Assembly: GCA_963707025.1 (NCBI GenBank)
Contig: CAVPOM010000016.1
Span: 32,001-96,000, forward strand
DNA from: an uncultured Verrucomicrobiae bacterium
Lineage (GTDB): Bacteria; Verrucomicrobiota; Verrucomicrobiia; Limisphaerales; Palsa-1400
DNA: 64,000 nt
Direction: 5' to 3'
Under the pieces are notes generated by a model, which did not search any database, was not told the DNA's origin, and saw only the letters and a list, made by a program, of their open reading frames with translations. The first letter of the stretch is position 1. Every line of letters starts with the position of its first letter. Shown one piece after another: positions 41,591 through 49,633 of this stretch. The position numbers were made by a program, and so were the translations under genes.

Positions 41591-41992
41591 TCAATGGCTG
41601 CGCGGGCGAAAGGTCAGGCGGAAATCCTTGGCGGTGGGCGCGGGGGCGGTTATGGCCAGGGGAAGGGTCTCGTGGCCGAACAAGGTGCAGGGCGGTGGCT
41701 CCATGACAAGGCCCAGCGAGACGCCCTCCCGGTCCAGCCAATCCACCTGGTAAATAATCGTTTTCGCGGTGGCGCCGAGGTTTTCCACGTCCACCTGGAA
41801 TCTTAAGTAGCCTTGTGTCGGGGGCATGTCTTGAATTCTTTTGACTCGTATAATGCCGTTCAGGGCGGGATCCACCGTCACGCGTTGGTCCGGGAGCGTC
41901 TCGGCGGCCCCGACCGTTTCGCCCGGATGCGGCGCGGGAGCCGAGCACCCGGCCAGAACGAGGCACATCACCAGCAAAGGAGCGGATTTCAT
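41591..41992 (-). CDS. YcfL (DUF1425)-like lipoprotein
   Basis: LAGC lipobox; Y...W.D..G; AP.P.A.DFRL. Confidence 0.7.
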   Translation of the reverse strand: MKSAPLLVMCLVLAGCSAPAPHPGETVGAAETLPDQRVTVDPALNGIIRVKRIQDMPPTQGYLRFQVDVENLGATAKTIIYQVDWLDREGVSLGLVMEPPPCTLFGHETLPLAITAPAPTAKDFRLTFRPRSH

Positions 41993-42323
41993 CTTCCGGG
42001 CAACCTAACCCAACCGCGCCGCAGATTCCATCAGAAACAGAAAGGAAAGAGCCGCGCTTCCCGCGCGCGGCCCGCCCGGTTCCTCCACTTCCCTATACGT
42101 CAGCCGCGCCCACATCTTGCAATGCCGTCCCCGCCTGCTTGGCGCGCGCCTCCGGCCGTGCGGCCCTTGATGCCGCCACCATCCGATTCCCTTAATCTTA
42201 ATCCTAATCTTAATCTCATTCCGTCGCCCCACGAAGCGGGGAGAGGGTTAGGGTGAACTGCGGATTTCCCAATTCGGGATTGGGTCATGGTGCATCATCG
42301 GGTTGTTTTTTTGATCAAACCAA

Positions 42324-43745
42324 TTATTTTTTGGTTTTTTGGTAAGCCATTCCACCGAAACGAGCGCCAGGCACTCCCTCAATTTCACCTCGTTCCGCCA
42401 TTTTACTCAAAATGCGTTTCATTTTATCGCTGTCTTTTATAAAGGTAATTTCACGGGCTTTCTTGTTCCGAATACTATCATTTTTTTCAAGATATTTCAT
42501 AATAGTTTGCTCCGGAGAGGCAAGAGGTTCGTGACGAATAGTTATCAGTAAATCATTATCCCGTTCTTCAATTTCTGGGTCTTTCAATCCGAGTTGGTTC
42601 ATTTTATCGAATGCAGTGTTTAACCCTTCTCCAACATCCCTATTCGGCGGGTCTGGAAATTTATTTAGCAAACGAACAATCGCGCCATTTCGAGCGAAAC
42701 GTTCACGGAGTATGTTTTCCGGAGTTACATGCGCTGGCAACCGACCAGGGCTTTGAACCTCAACACGATTATCGAAAATACGAACATGAATATCATCTGC
42801 GATGCTGTAGTCTCTGTGGATGACCGCATTTGTAATGATTTCGTGAAGCGTTTCTTGAGGATATTTAATTGGTTCCAGTCCTCCACTTCCAAGGTGTGAT
42901 ATTTTTTCAATTTCAGAGATTGTCTCCGCAACTGTTTCTTTAATCTGTTTATAAAGATGCCCCTCAACAGTAATTGGAATGAATGTTAGAACATCACGAA
43001 ACCCCTCTGCATCTTGAGTTTCATAACGATATATTTTTATGCCGCAACGTTTCGGGAGTTGCGCTTGTGGCTCTTCTGCGAACAAGAGCAATCCGGCAAC
43101 AGTTGGCATCTCATTTGTAAGTAATGATTGTTTCCGGAGCCAAGGCTCTGGCTGGGCGTTTGGAACAACGAATTTAAGGTAATCTCTTGTAACGGACGAT
43201 TCTGTGATAATTGTTTTAGGCACCGGAACGGTATGGCCTTCAAATGAAGTAACCCCCTTTGTGAACTCCAAACGACGCAATTCCTGTGCTGACTTTTGAG
43301 GTAAGTTCTGAGCGGCGCGTCGTATATACGCAATGCCGTCAGTAGCTTTAATAATTTCACGAGTTCGATTAACTTGAATGTGTAAAACGACCCCTTTCCT
43401 ACGTGGACAGCGTAAGAAATCATACTGGAAATCCCTGCCAAGCGGGAAATGCTTTTCAAATGGTTGAACATGACCGTTAGCGGCTTCAATATCGGCGAAC
43501 CCGGACCACTCACGCTTCTTGACATTCCCTCCAAGGAGTTGTTCGGAGATTCCTATATAAAGATCGCCTCCATCGGTATTTGCAAATGCGGAAATGGTAT
43601 GGCTAAGTTTTGATGGCGTAATGGGGACGGCTTTAACATCGGAGAACTGGCCTTCTTCAATTTGGGTGATTGCCTCGGCCTCGGTCTCGTTAATTTCGGT
43701 GACAGGCTTTTCGCTGGTAAAAAGACTTGTTTGTGATTCGGACAT
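42324..43745 (-). CDS. Schlafen/AlbA_2 + HATPase_c_4 + wHTH protein
   Basis: EEGQFSDVK and SAFANTDGG.LYIG (AlbA_2); E.ITNAVIHRDY, F.NRVEVQSPG, RN, G.GL (HATPase_c_4); C-terminal wHTH; visibly AT-rich. Confidence 0.85.
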   Translation of the reverse strand: MSESQTSLFTSEKPVTEINETEAEAITQIEEGQFSDVKAVPITPSKLSHTISAFANTDGGDLYIGISEQLLGGNVKKREWSGFADIEAANGHVQPFEKHFPLGRDFQYDFLRCPRRKGVVLHIQVNRTREIIKATDGIAYIRRAAQNLPQKSAQELRRLEFTKGVTSFEGHTVPVPKTIITESSVTRDYLKFVVPNAQPEPWLRKQSLLTNEMPTVAGLLLFAEEPQAQLPKRCGIKIYRYETQDAEGFRDVLTFIPITVEGHLYKQIKETVAETISEIEKISHLGSGGLEPIKYPQETLHEIITNAVIHRDYSIADDIHVRIFDNRVEVQSPGRLPAHVTPENILRERFARNGAIVRLLNKFPDPPNRDVGEGLNTAFDKMNQLGLKDPEIEERDNDLLITIRHEPLASPEQTIMKYLEKNDSIRNKKAREITFIKDSDKMKRILSKMAERGEIEGVPGARFGGMAYQKTKK

Positions 43746-43758
43746 ATGTTTTATTACG

Positions 43759-43796
43759 TTCCGGAAATACGATATATCAGTTTCCGGAAATGTCAA
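43759..43796 (-). promoter_or_regulatory. Putative sigma70 promoter with two TTCCGGAA palindromes
   Basis: Minus strand TTGACA-16-TATCGT; palindromes at 43759-43766 and 43781-43790. Confidence 0.55.
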
Positions 43797-43879
43797 ATCG
43801 GAAGTCCGATTTTAACGGAAGTAACGTTACTGATTACAAAAGCAGTTACTTAGAAGCGGTAAATAAACGCGAATGTCCG

Positions 43880-43908
43880 TTGACTACGGCAAGCGGTTGC
43901 GGTATATT
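43880..43908 (+). promoter_or_regulatory. Putative sigma70 promoter for the small ORF and transposase
   Basis: TTGACT-17-TATATT, 6 nt upstream of ATG 43915. Confidence 0.6.
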
Positions 43909-43914
43909 TGAACC

Positions 43915-44076
43915 ATGAAAAATAAACACGCGCAAGCATTAGGGAGGCTCGGCGGATTGGCCGGGACGGGAAAGGCAAAGGCTCGCAAGGTGACAAGCGA
44001 GCAAGCACGGGCCGCTGTAATGGCCCGTTGGAATAAGCCGGGTGCAAGGAAATCAGATCAAAAAGTGAAAACGTAA
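43915..44076 (+). CDS. 53-aa basic protein (KN.HA.ALGRLGG...ARW type)
   Basis: Below the ORF-track cutoff; MKNKHAQALGRLGGLAGTGKAKARKVTSEQARAAVMARWNKPGARKSDQKVKT. Confidence 0.75.
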   Translation: MKNKHAQALGRLGGLAGTGKAKARKVTSEQARAAVMARWNKPGARKSDQKVKT

Positions 44077-44194
44077 AAACAAAGGCCATGCCAGTGTATT
44101 CAGCACTGGCATGACCGCAACTAAAGGCTTTCGCCTAAAGTCGGAATCTCGTTGGATTCACCGACAGCTTAGAGCAAAGGCCGGAAAAGGTCAA

Positions 44195-45139
44195 ATGGTT
44201 TGTCATCGCTGTCAAACAGAAGCATTTAAATTCGGAATCAATGCCCAGGGCTTTCAACGGTATCGCTGCAAAACTTGCGGCAAAACGTTCGCGGATATTC
44301 AACGCCCTCTCGGTTCAATGCGGGTTGACTCGGAAAAAGCGTACGAGGTCATCCGACTGCTTTGCGAGGGAACGGGCGTCCGGGCCTGTGAACGCCTCAC
44401 AAGATTAAACCGGCGCACGGTGTTGAGCATTTTGGAAGTCGCGGGCCGGAAGTGCGAGCAACTCATGGCGGACAAAGTGCGGGGCGTCCAGGTCAAAGAA
44501 GTCCAGATTGATGAGATTTACGGGTTTGTTGGCTGCCTACAGCAGAACACGACCGGCCCGGAGGATTACAGGCGCGGGGAACAATACGCATATCTGGCGA
44601 TTGACCGCGCATCAAAATTCATCATCCATGCCTATATTGGCAAACGCGACACGGAGAACAGCCGAGACTTTTTGAAGGGATTGAAGCCAAAGATCGCCGG
44701 ACGGTTTCAACTCACTAGCGATGGGTTCAGAGGCTACAGGGCGGTTTATGGCGGTGTTGGTTCAATCTTTGGAGAACAAGTGGATTATGCCACAGAGGAA
44801 AAAACCTTTGGGCAGGCGCAGCGTGGCGTGGCCAGGCGGTTCAACCCGGTTGTGTGCCTCTCTGTTCACCGCAAAGCCCGCATTGGAACGCCGGACATGG
44901 CTCGCGCAACAACCAACCACGCAGAGAGAACGAATCTGTCTGTACGCCTTTTTAATCGCCGGTTCACCCGCAAGACGATGGGATTCAGCCGGAAGCTGGA
45001 AAATCACCGCTGGTCGGTCATCCTGCAATCCATGCACTTCAATTGGTGCCGGGTGCATTCCGCGCACAAACAAACCCCGGCAATGGCGCTTGGACTGGCG
45101 GACCATGTTTGGACAGTGGCGGAATTGCTGGCGGGATAA
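44195..45139 (+). CDS. IS1-family transposase (single ORF)
   Basis: Zn ribbon CHRC...QRYRCKTCG, HTH, DDE motifs VQIDE / LTSDG / HAERTN, RRFTRKT.GFS(R)K. Confidence 0.9.
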   Translation: MVCHRCQTEAFKFGINAQGFQRYRCKTCGKTFADIQRPLGSMRVDSEKAYEVIRLLCEGTGVRACERLTRLNRRTVLSILEVAGRKCEQLMADKVRGVQVKEVQIDEIYGFVGCLQQNTTGPEDYRRGEQYAYLAIDRASKFIIHAYIGKRDTENSRDFLKGLKPKIAGRFQLTSDGFRGYRAVYGGVGSIFGEQVDYATEEKTFGQAQRGVARRFNPVVCLSVHRKARIGTPDMARATTNHAERTNLSVRLFNRRFTRKTMGFSRKLENHRWSVILQSMHFNWCRVHSAHKQTPAMALGLADHVWTVAELLAG

Positions 45140-45756
45140 TGGGTTCATTTGCCATTGACTCGCTCTCGTTTTGGCGGTACGGTGGAAGCATGTTATTGAG
45201 CAACACGGAAATCCAAAAAGCGATTGATGAGCACGTTTTGTTCATCACCCCCTTTGAAGAAAAGAAGCTAAAGGGGGCCAGTTACGATCTGGCATTAGGC
45301 CGAGAGGCACTTGTCAGCAATCGTGATGAGAAGGTATTTCTGGGGCCAGATCGCACTCATAGTCTTAAATTGGAAGCGGGCGATTTTGCCCTGGTGCTCA
45401 CCAAAGAATCCCTGAAATTCCCAATGGACATGTGCGGGATGATTGGAATGCGCAGTTCATTGGCCCGAATGGGGCTTATACTTTTGCACGGAATGCAGAT
45501 TGATCCAGGTTTTGAAGGATATTTGCGTTTTGGACTTTACAACGCATCTCCCCGCAAAATCACCCTTGATTATGACGATGATATTTGCATGATTGAATTT
45601 CACAAGCTGGTCCAAGCCGCAACCAAACCTGCCCCGCGAAATGAGGACTTAATTCAAGGCAAAATTCCAGAGGTGGACAGACAGTTCTTACGCACGCTAG
45701 AAACCACCAGCTTGAGTGCATTGTCACAAGACATGAGAACCATGTCTGTGAGTGTT

Positions 45757-47249
45757 TGAGGTGGACCCCATCCTTTAGACCACGGAGCGCATGAAATAAG
45801 CGCGACTTTTGCCGATTGCTGTCATTACTAATTGTAGTTGACTACTGTTCATTCCGTGTTTCAAAACCCTTTCGAAAGAGAGAACGAGCGATGCGGAGCA
45901 CTGCCCGTCCTCCCTCTCCGTTTTCTTAGGGTTCTCAACTCTACCGCCGCAGGCGGTCTGATTTCAAGCCTTTTCCTGCCGCCTGCCTCTCTGTCAAGTG
46001 CTGCGATCGCTCCTGCCTCTGGCAGGTTGCATCGCTTCCCATTTGGCCGGTTGGGCTCCATGCGTGCCGGGATCAAAATACGCGTCCGCCGGCGTCGCAT
46101 AGCCCAACGCCTGGTGCGGTCGTTCCCGGTTGTAGCCGTCAAACCACCGGCCCAGTCCGCGCCCTGCCGCCAACCCGTCGCCATAGTCTTGCAAATAAAT
46201 GTCCTCATACTTGGCGCTCCGCCACAGCCGCTCGATAAACCGGTTGTCCATCCAGCGACCCCGTCCGTCCATGCTCACGTCCACCCCCGCCGATTCCACC
46301 GCATCAATAAACATCGGGGAGGTGAACTGCGATCCCTGGTCGGTATTGGAAATCAACGGCGCCTGACGCCCCGCCCGCAACGCCGCCTCCCAAGCGTCCA
46401 CACAAAAGTCCGCCTCCAACGTGTTGCTCAAGCGCCATCCCAGCACGTAACGACTCCGCCAATCCATCACCGCCACCAAATACATAAACCCAGTTGCCAT
46501 AGGCACATACGTAATGTCCGAACACCAAACCTGATCCGGTCCCGTCACTGCCAAATTGCGTAACAGATACGGATAAATCTGGTGCCCCATCTCCCGCAGA
46601 CTCGTCTTGGGCTTGGCGTAAATCGCCTCGATCCCCATCAACCGCAGCAGCCGCACCACCCGTTTGCGATTGATGGTCAAACCCTCCCGGCGCAACAGCA
46701 CGGTCAGTTTGCGGCTGCCATAAACCGGGTGGTCCAAATGCATCTGGTCCAACCGCCGCATCAGCGCCAGGTTCTCCTCTGTCTCCGGACAGCACTGGTA
46801 ATAATAACTGCCACGGCACACCGCCAGCAGCTCGCACTGGCGCCGCACGCTGAGCTGCGGATCGGGAGCGATTAAACATGTTAAAGCCCCAGTTGCCTGG
46901 ACTTTTTTTTAAGCCAGTCCAAGTCCACCGTCAGTTGGCCAATCTTCTCATGCAGTTGGGCAATCAACTGTTCCTGATCCTCCGTGCGGGGTTGCCCGGG
47001 CTCAAACAATTCGGGCATGTGATCCCGAATCGTCGCCCGCCACTGCGTGACCTGCGCCGGATGCACCGCATACTCTCGCGCCAATTGCGCGACCGTCTTC
47101 AGCCCCACCAGGGCTTCGAATCCCACTTTGGCCTTGAAGGCCGCACTGTGTCTTTTCCGTTTTGCTTTCATAAGTCTGCTCTTTCTTATCTACAGCAAAC
47201 CGGCAAAAATCGAAACTTACCTGTGGTCTAAAAATAGGGGTCCAGCTCA
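45757..47249 (-). mobile_element. IS3-family element, copy 2
   Basis: Near-identical to copy 1; 3-bp TSD GTT (45754-45756, 47250-47252). Confidence 0.95.
45994..47171 (-). CDS. IS3 transposase OrfA/OrfB (-1 frameshift)
   Basis: As copy 1, with one substitution DWWSRY to DWRSRY. Confidence 0.95.
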
Positions 47250-47364
47250 GTTTCCCAACTGGCAAACACCCAGAAATGGTTTATCATTCCAGGCATTGTT
47301 GCGATTTTGGTGGGCGTTATTACCGCCGTTCTCACTGCCATTTTCAAGAAATAACCCTTTGCGT

Positions 47365-47733
47365 ATGTCTTTCCTGCCAGCCGCACAACGAGAGATAGGC
47401 AAGCGTCAACCGGGGGATCCTGTGCGCATGACGCTGGAATACATGGTGCGCCATGCAGTCGGGAGACATAACGCTGTGCCGTTAAGGGATATTGTGGATC
47501 ATCTGAACAATCAAGGACTGACCGTCACGGAAACTGGATTTCAGCAAACAATCCTCGCAGAATCCAGAAGTGGAGATTATTATATAGGGTCGGGCCACAG
47601 GGGATATTTCCTGATAGACACAATTGACGATGCCCGCGTGATGAAATCTTTTTACGAAGCTCGGATTCGGAAAGAAAACCAAAATCTTAATAATTTGCAC
47701 CGGCAGTCCACGGTCATCGGCTGGATTCTCTGA
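47365..47733 (+). CDS. 122-aa winged-helix-like hypothetical protein (cargo)
   Basis: ATG 10 nt after the Dcd-TM stop; NAV....I...L, helix, IGSG.RGYFLID wing, C-terminal long helix. Confidence 0.7.
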   Translation: MSFLPAAQREIGKRQPGDPVRMTLEYMVRHAVGRHNAVPLRDIVDHLNNQGLTVTETGFQQTILAESRSGDYYIGSGHRGYFLIDTIDDARVMKSFYEARIRKENQNLNNLHRQSTVIGWIL

Positions 47734-48182
47734 AGATCGTTCCGTTTAACCCCCCATCACATCTCCGCCAGCACAATCTGCGAAGTGGCAATGCGTTGTC
47801 GCTGCTTGCCTTAGGAAACAACCCGGAAGCGCACCATGACCCGGGATTGACATGAGTAATAAGTGAGGACTATATTGTTGGCTGGAGCTTAACAACAGAA
47901 ACCCAAAGGTTTTTGCATGCAATCTTTAACACTCTTCCGGCGGCACGTCTGCATCGCCGCTTTATCCGCGTCTCTTTTCGCCCTGCCCGCGGCGGGGCAG
48001 TCGCAGTCCAACAACGCGTTTTCCATCGTTATCAGCGAACCGACCAATGGCTCGGCCTTTGTCAGCCCGGTCACCGTCCATATCACCGCTTCGGTGTACG
48101 ATGCGACGGATGCGGTTGCCTCCGTCGTGTTTTCGGCAAACCCTCCGCCACCCCTGGAAGGGCCCAGTTTGTTGTTGGGAAA

Positions 48183-49633
48183 CACAGCCATCCCACAGGA
48201 AATTGGAAAAGAGTGTTGGCTTGACCATTTGAACCTGCCACAAGGCAGGCATGAAAAACAAAAAAATCAAACCAACACGGTCCCGGTTTAACGTTTTGCG
48301 CCAGATTTGCAATCTCATTCCTGCGCATGAAGTCTCCAAAATAGCGCGGGAGACCGGGGCTCTGGATAAGTCGCGCACCTTCAGTCCGTGGAGTCACACG
48401 GTCAGTTTGCTGGACGCGCAACTCACCCATTGCATCGGACTCAACGATCTGTGCGACTCGCTGCAATTGCATTCCGGGCCGCTGTCCACTTTGCGCGGCG
48501 CCAGCGCCCCCAGCCGCAACGGCCTCTCCCACGCCAACCGGGAGCGTCCGGCCCAGATGGCCGAACAACTCTTCTGGCGGGTCCTGGAGCATTTGAAAGC
48601 ACAGACGCCCGGCTTTGCCGCGGGCCAGCGCCGTGGCCCCGCCTTCCGTTTCAAGATGCCCATCCATGTGATTGATAGCACGACCATGGAACTGGTGGCC
48701 AACTGCCTGGACTGGGCCAAGCACCGCCGGCGCAAGGCCGCCGCCAAAACCCATATGCGGTTGAATCTGCAGAATCTTTTGCCCGGTTTTGTCATTGTGG
48801 ACACTGCCGCCGAGCACGACAACCGACGGGCGCGGGAACTGTGCGCCGACTTGAAGAGCGGCGAAATCGCCTTGTTCGACAAGGGTTATGTGGACTTCGG
48901 CCACTTGCGGGATTTGGACGGGCGCGGGGTCTTTTGGGTGACGCGGGCCAAGGAGAACATGGGCTATGAGGTGGTGCGGAAAATGCCCGCCTCCAGAGAC
49001 CCGAAGATTTTGCGCGACGAAGTGATCGTCCTGAGCAACGAGAACAAACCCGCGCCGGAGTTGATGCGCCGGGTGGTGGCGCTGGTCGAGATTGATGGAG
49101 AGGAACGGGAAATGACCTTCCTGACCAACAACCTGGAGTGGAGTCCGCGCAGCGTGGCCGACCTTTACCGCTGCCGCTGGCAGATCGAAGTCTTCTTCAA
49201 ACAAATCAAGCAGACCTTGCAGTTGGCGGATTTTCTGGGCCACAACGCCAACGCCGTGCGCTGGCAGGTGTGGACGGCGCTGTTGACCTACGTGCTGTTG
49301 CGCTACCTCAGTCACCTCTCCAACTGGGCGCACAGCTTCACCCGGCTGTTCACGATTTTGCGGGCGGCGCTCTGGGAGAAATATGATCTGCTCAATTTGC
49401 TGGCGTGCTATGGGACAGCAGGCGGCAGCTTTCGCCACTTGGCGCGGCCCGAGCAGGCGTATTTCCCCGGCTTCCAATAAAGCTATGGGACAGCACACGC
49501 GCCCAAACAGGCGCATACCAAACCCAAAAGCCAAACTCGGAAAAATCAAAATCTCATTTTACCCCGAAGACCAATTAAACCCTTGCAAATGAACAGGTCA
49601 GCACCAGACTTTTCCCCTTATGAGACGGGTGTG
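48183..49633 (+). mobile_element. IS4-family element, copy 2 (1451 bp)
   Basis: Same ends as copy 1; 9-bp TSD GTTGGGAAA. Confidence 0.95.
48251..49480 (+). CDS. IS4-family transposase
   Basis: Protein identical to 31376-32605. Confidence 0.95.
   Translation: MKNKKIKPTRSRFNVLRQICNLIPAHEVSKIARETGALDKSRTFSPWSHTVSLLDAQLTHCIGLNDLCDSLQLHSGPLSTLRGASAPSRNGLSHANRERPAQMAEQLFWRVLEHLKAQTPGFAAGQRRGPAFRFKMPIHVIDSTTMELVANCLDWAKHRRRKAAAKTHMRLNLQNLLPGFVIVDTAAEHDNRRARELCADLKSGEIALFDKGYVDFGHLRDLDGRGVFWVTRAKENMGYEVVRKMPASRDPKILRDEVIVLSNENKPAPELMRRVVALVEIDGEEREMTFLTNNLEWSPRSVADLYRCRWQIEVFFKQIKQTLQLADFLGHNANAVRWQVWTALLTYVLLRYLSHLSNWAHSFTRLFTILRAALWEKYDLLNLLACYGTAGGSFRHLARPEQAYFPGFQ

Larger units (their letters stand above)
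45190..47354 (+). pseudogene. Dcd/dUTPase-fold protein with a C-terminal TM helix (222 aa reconstructed), interrupted by IS3
   Basis: ASYDLALG, T.ESL, RSSLARMGL, IDPGFEG; after removing IS3 and the GTT duplication it reads ...MSVSVSQLANTQKWFIIPGIVAILVGVITAVLTAIFKK*. Confidence 0.85.
42283..47841. mobile_element. IS1-family cargo transposon B (about 4.06 kb before the IS3 insertion)
   Basis: TIRs GGTCATGGTGCATCATCGGGTTGTTT and (reverse complement) GGTCATGGTGCGCTTCCGGGTTGTTT; 8-bp TSD CGGGATTG at 42275-42282 and 47842-47849; central transposase with cargo on both sides. Confidence 0.92.

Noticed and set aside
44111..44194. N-terminal extension of the IS1 transposase in the ORF track
   Set aside because: The ATG lies in a stem and the zinc ribbon begins at ATG 44195; treated as leader.
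45043..45759. Calling this a housekeeping dcd gene
   Set aside because: It lies inside a transposon, lacks the catalytic Glu, and its stop codon is supplied by the IS3 end.
33582..47249. Composite transposon formed by the two IS3 copies
   Set aside because: Outer flanks (AAC vs GTT) do not match, and copy 2 has its own TSD, so the insertions are independent.
31308..49633. Composite transposon formed by the two IS4 copies
   Set aside because: Each copy has its own distinct 9-bp TSD.
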